Shown here: positions 51,929-61,190 of the stretch, piece after piece
Numbering within the stretch: the first letter of the stretch is position 1
Layout: the number at the start of each line of letters is the position of its first letter
DNA from: Obrimoposthia wandeli
Taxonomy: Eukaryota
Direction of reading: 5' to 3'
Length of the DNA stretch: 64,000 bases
Assembly: GCA_977020255.1 (NCBI GenBank)
Contig: CDROCS010005962.1
Coordinates: 62,001 to 126,000, forward strand
Program-made: the position numbers and the translations under genes
Notes under the pieces: model-generated
Told to the model about the DNA's origin: nothing
Database searches by the model: none
Seen by the model: only the letters and a program-made list of their open reading frames with translations

Positions 51929-53869
51929 ATGACCCTATTTAGAGAAATAAACTCACTGCTGTTCGGCCTATTCTTATTGGTGATGTCAGTTTTAGTTTAT
52001 TTTCAATTTACACAAACACGTGATTTTATGAGTCAGCAAATGGAATCTGACTTAAATAATACTATTACCTCCTTAGGGCTTATGTTGAAGCCACATATTG
52101 AAACAGGTGATATCGCGACAGCTGAAACGTTAGTGAATGTGATATTCGAGGGAGGCTTCTATCGTAAAGTGACGCTTAAATGGTTAGTCGATGGAAAAGA
52201 ACAAGTTTGGGAAAACCCTATTGTTATTCAAGGTGTTCCGCAGTGGTTTGTTGATTTAAATTTGTTTAAGAAACAAAAAAAAGACACCTTAATTACTTCG
52301 GGGTGGATGCAACTAGCCACTATTGAGATCGAAGGACATCCGGCACTTGGCTACCAAGAACTCTGGCGGGTAATGAATGACACTGTCATGATTTTATCTT
52401 TACTGTTTATTCTTTCTATTTTTGCCTTAAGGATCAGGCTTAATCGTATTTTAAAACCGTTGCATAATATTGCGATACAAGCGCGAGATATTTCACAGCG
52501 TAAATTCGGTCAAGACATTGAGTTGCCAAAAACTACAGAGTTGAAAGATGTTGTTGGCGCTATTAACTCAATGTCAGGCCAGCTTAAACAAATTTTTTCT
52601 ACCTTAGACCATGAAGTTAATGAATTAAAAGAAGATAAACTTGTAGATCAAGTGTCGAATTTACCTAATCGCCAATATTTGTCTGCGCAAATTAATAACT
52701 GGCTGAACGAGCCAGGTTTTGGTGGCCTTATTTTAGCAAAGTTTGACTGGCTTGAAGATATTCATAGCAAATATGGTTATCAAGGTCGTGATGAAATCAT
52801 TAAAGTTATCTCAAATAGAATGCAGAGTGAGTTACCTAAGGTTACTGAGAGTATTATCGCCCGTATTTCCAATACAGAATTTGCATTTTTAATCACGAAA
52901 GCAGAAAAAAGTACTATTGAAGTTTATCTACAATCGTTGATCCGACTCATTAATCAAGAGATCACTAAAGCCGGTTGCACACCGAATACTCGTTTTGCCT
53001 TAGGGGTTAGTCAGCGTATAGAAAATATGCAATCTGCCGATTTATTATCTCAATCAGATAATGCTCTGCAACAAGCCCAACGTGATAGTAAAGTAAGTCA
53101 CTGGATAGATGCTGATCAACCGCAAAAATACAGTAGGGCGCAATGGCGTACTAAGTTAGTCGATGCTATTAATAACAATGACTTTATTTTTCAATGGCAG
53201 CCCATTTTAAGTATGAGTACAGCACAAGTTATTCAACGTGAAATTTATTGTCGTTTGAATATAGACCAAAATATTGTTACTGCTGCTGAATTTATGCCGT
53301 TTATTGAGCTATTGTCGCTAGGCGCCGAGCTTGATAAATGTTTATTACAATCAATTGAGCAACAAAATATTTTGGCGTTAACCGAAGAAGGTGTTGCCAT
53401 TAATCTTACTCATGACAGCATTCAAGACCCTGAATTTACACTATGGCTAGCAAACTATCTTGAACAGTCGACTTATGCTGAACGTATTCTATTTGAAATA
53501 CCTGAGTCAGCGGCGATTAGTGCCTTTGATCAAAGTGCTAAGTTGTTTGAAATAATTAGAGCCTCAGGAGCTAAAATAGGTATTGATCAATGTGGACGTA
53601 AGATTGGCTCTTTAGAATATTTACAGAAACTACAACCAGATTATATAAAGCTAGATTTGTCTTTCGCTTACTATGAGAAGTTAAATCAAAACAAAGAAGT
53701 TTGTCGAGCATTGGTTAATGTCGCGAAAGGCTTAAATATTGCTGTGATTATTACTGGAATTGAAGATGCAGAGCAACTAAGTCATTTCCATCCATTAAAA
53801 GCAACGGGGTATCAAGGATACATTTCACCTGTTGAAGATGTGGTTTCCAATCATGGAACTTTGAAATAA
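51929..53869 (+). CDS. lapD: LapD c-di-GMP receptor (periplasmic domain, HAMP, degenerate GGDEF, EAL)
   Basis: MTLFREI start, VPQWF and GWMQLA periplasmic motifs, degenerate GGDEF (ARISNTEF), EAL-like domain with REI. Confidence 0.92.
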   Translation: MTLFREINSLLFGLFLLVMSVLVYFQFTQTRDFMSQQMESDLNNTITSLGLMLKPHIETGDIATAETLVNVIFEGGFYRKVTLKWLVDGKEQVWENPIVIQGVPQWFVDLNLFKKQKKDTLITSGWMQLATIEIEGHPALGYQELWRVMNDTVMILSLLFILSIFALRIRLNRILKPLHNIAIQARDISQRKFGQDIELPKTTELKDVVGAINSMSGQLKQIFSTLDHEVNELKEDKLVDQVSNLPNRQYLSAQINNWLNEPGFGGLILAKFDWLEDIHSKYGYQGRDEIIKVISNRMQSELPKVTESIIARISNTEFAFLITKAEKSTIEVYLQSLIRLINQEITKAGCTPNTRFALGVSQRIENMQSADLLSQSDNALQQAQRDSKVSHWIDADQPQKYSRAQWRTKLVDAINNNDFIFQWQPILSMSTAQVIQREIYCRLNIDQNIVTAAEFMPFIELLSLGAELDKCLLQSIEQQNILALTEEGVAINLTHDSIQDPEFTLWLANYLEQSTYAERILFEIPESAAISAFDQSAKLFEIIRASGAKIGIDQCGRKIGSLEYLQKLQPDYIKLDLSFAYYEKLNQNKEVCRALVNVAKGLNIAVIITGIEDAEQLSHFHPLKATGYQGYISPVEDVVSNHGTLK

Positions 53870-53918
53870 CACTACATTTCTTAATGGTTAACATGCTATT
53901 AAAAGCTATAAAAATTGT

Positions 53919-53948
53919 GCAGCTGTTTATTCAAAATTAAACAGCTGC
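53919..53948. terminator. Hairpin after lapD
   Basis: Perfect 11-bp inverted repeat GCAGCTGTTTA / TAAACAGCTGC. Confidence 0.55.
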
Positions 53949-54211
53949 TTTAATTGACCGTTATATAGTAAATGATTGGGTATATAGCACTAAAAGTACC
54001 AATTTATTATCTAAACCTTCCCCTCAAAGCAACTAAAGGTGCCCTCACTATGACGTTATCTTATGTTAAACAACGTTAATTTATAGCATATGTTTTTGGT
54101 TTAAAATACATCAAGGTAAAATGAGATGAGCACTACAGAGTGATAATTTTTTTCTCATTTGTTTGATCTCTTGATAGAATATACTTTCTCGATTTAGGTA
54201 AGGAATTACGT

Positions 54212-55867
54212 GTGTTTACTGGTCGCTTTCAGGATATAAATTTTAAAGGTGATATGTTCGGTGGTGTTACCACTGCTATTATTTCATTACCTTTGGCGCT
54301 TGCTTTCGGTGTTGCCTCTGGCGCGGGTGCAGAGGCAGGGCTTTGGGGCGCTATTTTAGTCGGTTTATTCGCGGCATTATTTGGTGGTTCAACATCACTG
54401 ATTTCTGAGCCCACAGGACCCATGACCGTAATTATGACGGCTGTACTGACAAGTATGATGGCTAAATATCCTGAATCGGGTATGGCTATGGCTTTCACTG
54501 TCGTTATGATGGCAGGAGCATTTCAAATACTGATTGGTACCCTCAAGCTTGGCAAATATATCACCTTAATGCCCTATAGTGTTATCTCCGGTTTCATGTC
54601 GGGCATCGGTGTTATTTTAATCATTTTACAACTTTCTCCGCTATTGGGACAAGCTGCTCCTCCAGGTGGAGTGCTAGGTACGATATCCGCACTACCAGAA
54701 ATTATCACTAACATTAATTTTGGTGAGCTAATACTGGGTATATTAACATTGTTAGTATTGTTTTTTTTCCCACTAAAATATCGAAAATATGTCCCCGCAC
54801 AACTTGTGGCTTTAGTGGTCGTAACGTTGTTTTCTATACTGATTTTTGATACAGATAGCATTAGACGCATCGGCGAAATCCCAGCGGGCTTGCCGTCATT
54901 AGTTATGCCACATTTTAACGCTGATATGTTTATGACCATGGTTGTCGATGCTCTTGTGTTGGGGACATTAGGCTGTATCGATACCTTACTGACTGCTGTT
55001 ATTGGTGATTCTTTGACGCGTACTGAGCATGATTCTGACAAAGAATTACGTGGCCAAGGGCTTGCTAATATGATCTCTGGCTTATTTGGTGCCTTACCTG
55101 GTGCTGGGGCAACAATGGGCACAGTGACGAATATTCAAGTGGGAGCACGTTCGCCATTGTCAGGAATTGTTCGAGCGTTAATGTTGGCATTGGTTGTACT
55201 CATTGCCGGAGGGCTCACAGAGCCTATTCCCATGGCAGTATTAGCAGGTATTGCTGTCTACGTTGGTTTTAATATTTTAGATTGGAGTTTTATTCAGCGC
55301 GCCCATAAAGTGAGTTTACAAGGCATGATGATCATGTACGGGGTAATGCTACTCACTGTATTTGTTGATTTGATTGTTGCTGTTGGTCTTGGGGTGTTTA
55401 TTTCTAATATTCTTATTATTGAACAACTAAGTAGAGCACAAGCACAACAGGTAAAAGCCATTAGTGATAATGATCAGGATGTAGTGCCACTAAGTGATAG
55501 CGAAAGGCTCTTACTAAATCGTGCCAATGGTAATGTACTATTTTTTTATCTATCAGGGCCGATGATTTTTAGTGTTTCTAAAGCCATTGCTCGTCAACAT
55601 AGCAGTGTTGGTGATTATCAAGCGATGATCTTAGATTTAACTGACGTCCCTATGATTGATGTTACCGTCGGCCTAGCACTTGAGAATGCGATTAAAGATG
55701 CTCAAGAAGCTAAATGCGAAATTTTTTTACTTTGCCCTAATGTGAACACACGACAGCAATTGGCAAAATTTGCATTATTAGACCGACTACTTAAAGATAA
55801 TGCTTATAGCAATCGTCATGATGCATTACAAGCTTCTGTAGATTATGTTGAACGTCAATTAATCTAG
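54212..55867 (+). CDS. SulP-family anion transporter (BicA-like)
   Basis: GDMFGGVTTAIISLPLALAFG, SEPTGPM, GAGATMGT motifs plus STAS. Confidence 0.93.
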   Translation: MFTGRFQDINFKGDMFGGVTTAIISLPLALAFGVASGAGAEAGLWGAILVGLFAALFGGSTSLISEPTGPMTVIMTAVLTSMMAKYPESGMAMAFTVVMMAGAFQILIGTLKLGKYITLMPYSVISGFMSGIGVILIILQLSPLLGQAAPPGGVLGTISALPEIITNINFGELILGILTLLVLFFFPLKYRKYVPAQLVALVVVTLFSILIFDTDSIRRIGEIPAGLPSLVMPHFNADMFMTMVVDALVLGTLGCIDTLLTAVIGDSLTRTEHDSDKELRGQGLANMISGLFGALPGAGATMGTVTNIQVGARSPLSGIVRALMLALVVLIAGGLTEPIPMAVLAGIAVYVGFNILDWSFIQRAHKVSLQGMMIMYGVMLLTVFVDLIVAVGLGVFISNILIIEQLSRAQAQQVKAISDNDQDVVPLSDSERLLLNRANGNVLFFYLSGPMIFSVSKAIARQHSSVGDYQAMILDLTDVPMIDVTVGLALENAIKDAQEAKCEIFLLCPNVNTRQQLAKFALLDRLLKDNAYSNRHDALQASVDYVERQLI

Positions 55868-55908
55868 TGGCTATATTTTATGTTTTAGAAAATATAGCCA
55901 CTAAAAAA
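55865..55908 (+). terminator. Hairpin terminator
   Basis: TAGTGGCTATATTTT / AAAATATAGCCACTA perfect 15-bp inverted repeat. Confidence 0.65.
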
Positions 55909-56394
55909 CGCCAACATATTAAATATTTATAAACCTAATTACCGCAAATATATCTGGATACTAGTTAGGTTCACGGTAAAGCTAGAAGAGTCATTTTAAG
56001 GCCTTCTTTCTGACGCGGACTTTTATTACCTGTTTGCTGTCATAAAGCTTCGTCTTGTGGTTTTATTCTATAACCTTGTCATTCATATTTATCGACACAC
56101 CAATGGCTTTATCTCTCATCGGCAATAGGCAATGTCAAAGCACATGCCAGATTAGTCGCCCATATTCACTCATTAATTGCCGTTGATGGTATGCTAAGTC
56201 CTACAAAAAGTAATCTTGACTAAAAGGGCAGATCCCCTCAATAAGTGTCTTTTTTTTAATCATAATGGTGCCATCATGCTGATGATTAAAAATTGTTACA
56301 CAAATTAAGCTAAAAATTTCGCTAAACAGTAGCATTTTGCCTCACTTTAGATTAAGTTTGCCGCCTTATTTACTACAGTTAACAAGAGCGCCTT

Positions 56395-56625
56395 ATGCTA
56401 GAAAATACTCTCCCTCAACTCGAACAACTGATTGAACTGATCATTGATAAAAATAACAAGCTAAAAAGTCAAGTAGCCCAACTGGAACAGCAAAAGTCAA
56501 CGCTCATGGATGAGAACGAAATATTGCAACTTGAAGTGCTTGAAGGTGAAGAAAAACAGAAACAAACGAACAGTGTTTTAACTAATCTTTTAGATAAATT
56601 GCAAAGTGTAGAAGAGCTTAGTTAA
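56395..56625 (+). CDS. zapB: Cell division protein ZapB-like coiled coil
   Basis: 76-aa coiled coil (QLEQLIELII...LLDKL), coupled to zapA. Confidence 0.7.
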   Translation: MLENTLPQLEQLIELIIDKNNKLKSQVAQLEQQKSTLMDENEILQLEVLEGEEKQKQTNSVLTNLLDKLQSVEELS

Positions 56626-56906
56626 TGTTTGCTGAAGACTCTAAGGGTATCAGCATAGAAATTATGGGCAAACAACACCAGTTTTCATGCTCAGCAGAAC
56701 AAGCTGAGGATTTAAAACAAGCAGCGAGTGATCTTGCTGCTATGTGTCATGATATCAAGCAACAAAAAGGTACGGCGAGCAGTGAGCGAGCTTTATTGGT
56801 TGCTTCACTTAATTTAAGTTATTCACTGCTTAAAGCAAATAATAAAATTAAGTGTTATCAACATGGTCAAGATACTTTGATTACTAAGCTGAAAAAAGCA
56901 TTATAA
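56625..56906 (+). CDS. zapA: Cell division protein ZapA
   Basis: ISIEIMGKQHQFSC, ERALLVASLNLSY motifs. Confidence 0.82.
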   Translation: MFAEDSKGISIEIMGKQHQFSCSAEQAEDLKQAASDLAAMCHDIKQQKGTASSERALLVASLNLSYSLLKANNKIKCYQHGQDTLITKLKKAL

Positions 56907-56920
56907 ATACTTTCACTTTT

Positions 56921-56960
56921 AATATTACCGTTATCTATTTGATAAGATAACGGTAATATT
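56921..56960. terminator. Long hairpin between zapA and minC
   Basis: Perfect 16-bp inverted repeat AATATTACCGTTATCT / AGATAACGGTAATATT. Confidence 0.6.
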
Positions 56961-57055
56961 TGCAACTTAATTGCTAGTTTCATTATGATTAGTTGCATTA
57001 ATCAGGTAAATTACAGTAGATATATTGAGTTGTTTTATTTAGGAATACTTTCATT

Positions 57056-57781
57056 ATGGCTGATGCCAGCATTGAATTTAAAGGGTCAAGTTTTACCCTG
57101 TCAGTTTTACATTTAAGAACGTCAGATTTAACTGACATTCGTGCCGATTTAATAAAAAAAGTTGCTCAAGCTCCTGACTTTTTTTACCTCGTCCCTGTGG
57201 TCGTTAATATTGAACTATTAACTTGTTCAATTGATTACCAAGCAGTCAAAGAATTAATTGAAACATTAAAATTTACTTTTGTCGGTTTCACTGGCTTGAT
57301 AGAAAAAGAACAGCGTGTACTCATTCGTCAATTAGGTTTTTCTTTTGTTAATACCCCTAAAGCTAGTGCGGCACCCAAAAGACCTGTTAGCCAGAACAAT
57401 GTGGTTACTGAGGCTGAAGTAAAAACAACAGCGGTGGCTGCTGAGTGTCATTTGTATACAGATAAAGTGTACAGAGGTCAAATTCGCTCTGGTCAGCAAG
57501 TCTATGCGAAAGATCAAAATTTAGTGGTGATTGGCTCTGTTTCTGCAGGAGCTGAGGTCATCGCTGATGGTAATATTCATGTTTATGGTTCATTACGTGG
57601 CAGGGCAATAGCCGGTGCTAAAGGGCACCATAAAGCACAAATATATTGTCAAAAGCTTGAAGCAGAACTGGTTTCAATTAATGGTAACTATTGGCTTAGT
57701 GAGTCAATGGAGCAAGACTGGGGTTCACCCGCCTATATACATTTGACTGATAGTGAATTAACGTCATCAAAACTTATTTAA
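57056..57781 (+). CDS. minC: Septum site-determining protein MinC
   Basis: FKGSSFTLSVL, IRSGQQVYA, VSAGAEVIADGNIHVYGSLRGRAIAG motifs. Confidence 0.96.
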   Translation: MADASIEFKGSSFTLSVLHLRTSDLTDIRADLIKKVAQAPDFFYLVPVVVNIELLTCSIDYQAVKELIETLKFTFVGFTGLIEKEQRVLIRQLGFSFVNTPKASAAPKRPVSQNNVVTEAEVKTTAVAAECHLYTDKVYRGQIRSGQQVYAKDQNLVVIGSVSAGAEVIADGNIHVYGSLRGRAIAGAKGHHKAQIYCQKLEAELVSINGNYWLSESMEQDWGSPAYIHLTDSELTSSKLI

Positions 57782-57816
57782 TTTTTAATTTATAATTTAT
57801 AAAGGATATTCGGTTT

Positions 57817-58626
57817 ATGGCACGGATAATAGTAGTTACATCAGGCAAAGGTGGTGTTGGTAAAACAACATCAAGTGCTGCCATTGGACTTGGCTTAGCA
57901 TTAAAAGGTCATAAAGTTGTCTTAATAGATTTTGATATAGGCTTGCGTAACCTAGATTTAATCATGGGTTGTGAACGTCGTGTTGTTTATGATTTCGTTA
58001 ATGTTATCAATGGCGAAGCGACATTAAATCAAGCACTTATTAAAGACAAGCGCGTTAGTAGTTTGTCAATATTACCGGCTTCTCAAACGCGTGATAAAGA
58101 TGCTCTGAATAAAGAAAATGTCGGTAGGGTCCTAGAAGAACTTGGTAAAACTTACGACTATATTATCTGTGACTCACCTGCGGGGATTGAAGCCGGAGCT
58201 ATGATGGCGCTTTATTATGCTGATGAAGCGATAGTGACGACCAATCCAGAAGTTTCCTCGGTGCGTGATTCCGATCGAATTTTAGGCATGCTAGCTAGCC
58301 GTTCACGCAGAGCTGAGCTTGGCCTAGAGCCGATTAAAGAACACTTGCTCTTAACACGCTACTCACCTAAACGCGTAGAAGAAGGTGAAATGTTAAGCGT
58401 TCAAGATGTTGAAGATATTCTTTCAATACCTTTATTGGGTGTAATACCAGAATCACAAGCGGTACTTAAAGCATCAAATGCGGGTGAACCCGTCATTTTG
58501 GATACAGAAAGTGACGCAGGTAAAGCTTATCAAGACGTCATCGATCGTTTGTTAGGTGAAACAGTAGAGTTTAGATTTATACATGCTGAGAAAAAAGGCA
58601 TTCTCAGTCGTTTATTTGGAGGTTAA
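57817..58626 (+). CDS. minD: Septum site-determining ATPase MinD
   Basis: SGKGGVGKTT, DFDIGLRNLD, DSPAGIE motifs. Confidence 0.97.
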   Translation: MARIIVVTSGKGGVGKTTSSAAIGLGLALKGHKVVLIDFDIGLRNLDLIMGCERRVVYDFVNVINGEATLNQALIKDKRVSSLSILPASQTRDKDALNKENVGRVLEELGKTYDYIICDSPAGIEAGAMMALYYADEAIVTTNPEVSSVRDSDRILGMLASRSRRAELGLEPIKEHLLLTRYSPKRVEEGEMLSVQDVEDILSIPLLGVIPESQAVLKASNAGEPVILDTESDAGKAYQDVIDRLLGETVEFRFIHAEKKGILSRLFGG

Positions 58627-58627
58627 C

Positions 58628-58906
58628 ATGGCATTGCTTGATTATTTTTTACGGAAAAAAGAAAAGCAGGTTACAACGGCTTGTAAAGCCAAAGAACGTT
58701 TACAGATTATTGTTGCGCATGAGCGTAACAGTCGAAATAAACAACCTGATTATTTACCACAGTTGACTGAAGACATTCTGCAAGTGTTACGTAAATACAT
58801 TAAAGTATCAGATGAAAGTTTTTCAATAAATTTAGATAAAAAAGACGGCGATTTAAATGTCTTAGAACTAAATATAGAATTGCATGACGACAATACTACT
58901 GCTTAG
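58628..58906 (+). CDS. minE: Topological specificity factor MinE
   Basis: MALLDYF...AKERLQIIVAHER, PDYLPQL, VLELNIEL motifs. Confidence 0.96.
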   Translation: MALLDYFLRKKEKQVTTACKAKERLQIIVAHERNSRNKQPDYLPQLTEDILQVLRKYIKVSDESFSINLDKKDGDLNVLELNIELHDDNTTA

Positions 58907-58979
58907 ATATGATTAACTGTTGCTAGGTCAGTTGCCAATCAATGCTGACCCGGGCAAGTCATTGTCTACTCATTTATAG

Positions 58980-59241
58980 ATACCCAAGCCACTTGAAGAT
59001 ACAGGATTGGGCAAGTCAAAAAAGGGTTAGCTAAGGCATTGATTGAAGGGAATAGTCATTCTATTATCGAGAACAATAACGCTGGAGATGACTTGTTATC
59101 AGATTGCCCGTAAGGAACTAAGCTAGAAAAGCATTACTGCGTTGCCATACTTGATAAGGGAGTGACCATTATCAAGTATGGCGCTTTGATCTGAATTCCT
59201 AGCTTAGCTCGACACTGTATCTTGAAGTGGAACAGGTTTAT
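58980..59241. repeat. MITE-like element (~260 bp) with nested hairpins
   Basis: Terminal IR CCACTTGAAGATACAG / CTGTATCTTGAAGTGG (15/16). Internal perfect IRs GCCATACTTGATAA (59144-59157) / TTATCAAGTATGGC (59169-59182) and CTAAGCTAG / CTAGCTTAG. Confidence 0.7.
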
Positions 59242-59431
59242 ATGTTAGCAATAGCCTTTTTTAAATGAGAAATTAATTTTTACTTTCTACAAACTTTACT
59301 CGACACACTAAGCCGCTGATGGAACGAAAAAATATACATATTGAGTGATGTTTTTTTACTTATTAGTGAATAATAAAATGACTTATCAGGTCTACTTCAC
59401 TATTGGGTAAACTTTTCAGGAAGTCACAATT

Positions 59432-59917
59432 TTGTTGCGCAGTATCATAATACAAACGGTAGTTTTTTTATTCATCTTTAATGTCGTAGCGATGTTACGA
59501 GAAACTAGCATGCTGTCAGATAGTGACGATGTTGTGCCTGCTCGCCACCAACTAAAAACCATTATGAGTGACGATATTGTGTTACAGGCTAATGGTAAAA
59601 AAACCATCATCTACTTTTTTGCACCTTGGTGTCAGGTGTGTAATTTAAGTATTGAAAATTTGCAAAATGTTTACCAAAAAACACCAGATTTAAATGTTAT
59701 TGCTGTCGCATTAGACTTTGTTGATGTTGCAGAAGTGAAAAAATTTACCATGAATCACCAATTAACCTTTCCAGTAGCATTAGGAAATGAATCGGTTAAA
59801 GCCGATTATAAAGTCATGGGTTATCCCAGTTATTATGTTTTAGATGAAGAAAATACCATTATTGCGCGTTCTCTTGGCTATTCATCAGAAATAGGACTGT
59901 ATTTAAGGAGTTTTTAG
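59432..59917 (+). CDS. TlpA/redoxin-family thiol-disulfide oxidoreductase
   Basis: N-terminal TM anchor, FFAPWCQVC (CxxC), cis-Pro YPSYY. Confidence 0.85.
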   Translation: MLRSIIIQTVVFLFIFNVVAMLRETSMLSDSDDVVPARHQLKTIMSDDIVLQANGKKTIIYFFAPWCQVCNLSIENLQNVYQKTPDLNVIAVALDFVDVAEVKKFTMNHQLTFPVALGNESVKADYKVMGYPSYYVLDEENTIIARSLGYSSEIGLYLRSF

Positions 59918-59981
59918 TCTTCTGATCTTTTGCGGGTTTGTGTACACTAAGGCAATCAAAAATTAATGAGCAGAATGCCTT

Positions 59982-61109
59982 ATGCAAATTTCAGCAAACT
60001 TCGACTCCGGTAATATCGATGTTATCTCAGCGCAAAACCCAAGCAATATTCAACTAGCCATTAAAAAAGACCATCAATCAGAATTTTATCAATGGTTTCA
60101 TTTTAAACTTCACAATACAGAACGTACTGAGCATGTGATGCATTTAACTAATGCGGGTAAATCAGCTTATGTTGAAGGATGGCAGGATTATCAAGCTGTT
60201 GCTTCATATGATCGTCAGCACTGGTTTCGCGTACCAACAGAATTTGATGGTGAAAACCTTACGATTAAATTCACCCCAGAATATGATTCAACTTATTTTG
60301 CCTATTTTGCGCCTTATAGCTACGAGCGTCATCAAGACTTGATCCATAGCGCTCAACTTGATATCGATTGTCAATTGCAAGTACTTGGCCAAACACATGA
60401 TGGCCGTGATATGTCGTTATTAAAAGTGGGAGAAGAGGGCGAAGGCAAAAAAGTTATTTGGATCACTGCGCGTCAGCATCCAGGTGAAACCATGGCCGAA
60501 TGGTTTATGGAAGGCTTTATCGACAGATTATTAGATGAAGATGATGGTGTCGCGCGCTCATTACTTAACAGTGCCGTATTTTATTTAGTACCTAATATGA
60601 ACCCCGACGGTTCAGCACGCGGCCATCTTCGTACCAATGCCAAAGGTGTTAATTTAAATCGCGAATGGCTAACACCAACAATGGAAAATAGCCCTGAGGT
60701 ATATTTAGTACGAGAAAAAATGCTTGCCACAGGCGTTGATATGCATTTAGATATTCATGGCGATGAAGCATTACCTTTTAACTTTGTTGCTGGTAGTGAA
60801 GGTACTCCGTCATATAACGATCGCATTAAAGGTCTTGAAGAAAAATTCAAAAATGTACTTTTAGCTATTACACCTGAATTTCAAGATGACAAAGGCTATG
60901 ATAAGGACGAACCAGGTCAAGCGAACTTAACGGTTGCTTCTAACTGGGTTGGCGAGCAGTTTAAATGCTTAGCTTATACAGTAGAAATGCCATTTAAAGA
61001 CAACGACTTATTGCCTGATTACAGCGTTGGTTGGTCAGATGAACGTAGTAGTTTATTTGGTCGTGATTTTCTAACCGCTATTTATCATGTGGTTGGCGAT
61101 TTACGCTAG
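59982..61109 (+). CDS. M14-family zinc carboxypeptidase (cytosolic-CP-like)
   Basis: ISANFDSGNI, ARQHPGE, MNPDG, NLNR, LDIHGD, TVEMPF motifs. Confidence 0.92.
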   Translation: MQISANFDSGNIDVISAQNPSNIQLAIKKDHQSEFYQWFHFKLHNTERTEHVMHLTNAGKSAYVEGWQDYQAVASYDRQHWFRVPTEFDGENLTIKFTPEYDSTYFAYFAPYSYERHQDLIHSAQLDIDCQLQVLGQTHDGRDMSLLKVGEEGEGKKVIWITARQHPGETMAEWFMEGFIDRLLDEDDGVARSLLNSAVFYLVPNMNPDGSARGHLRTNAKGVNLNREWLTPTMENSPEVYLVREKMLATGVDMHLDIHGDEALPFNFVAGSEGTPSYNDRIKGLEEKFKNVLLAITPEFQDDKGYDKDEPGQANLTVASNWVGEQFKCLAYTVEMPFKDNDLLPDYSVGWSDERSSLFGRDFLTAIYHVVGDLR

Positions 61110-61190
61110 TTTATAAGTACGCTCTTTTAAGAACAGTTTGTTTTACAACGCAAAATTAACTTTAAAAATAATAATAATTAGGAGTCTATA

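Noticed and set aside
55990-56175. Minus-strand frame resembling a decayed gene (LACALTLP...QGYRIKPQDEAL...)
   Set aside because: Several stops and no identifiable family; cannot be supported without a homology search.
56906-57056. 6S RNA (ssrS) after zapA
   Set aside because: Only 150 bp, dominated by one AT-rich hairpin; no 6S-like sequence.
2078-59610. Numerous short antisense or overlapping ORFs in the ORF track (e.g. 2078-2368, 3856-4197, 17399-17785, 29974-30591, 39681-40097, 54574-55122)
   Set aside because: They are shadows of well-supported genes on the opposite strand or in another frame, with no independent motifs.
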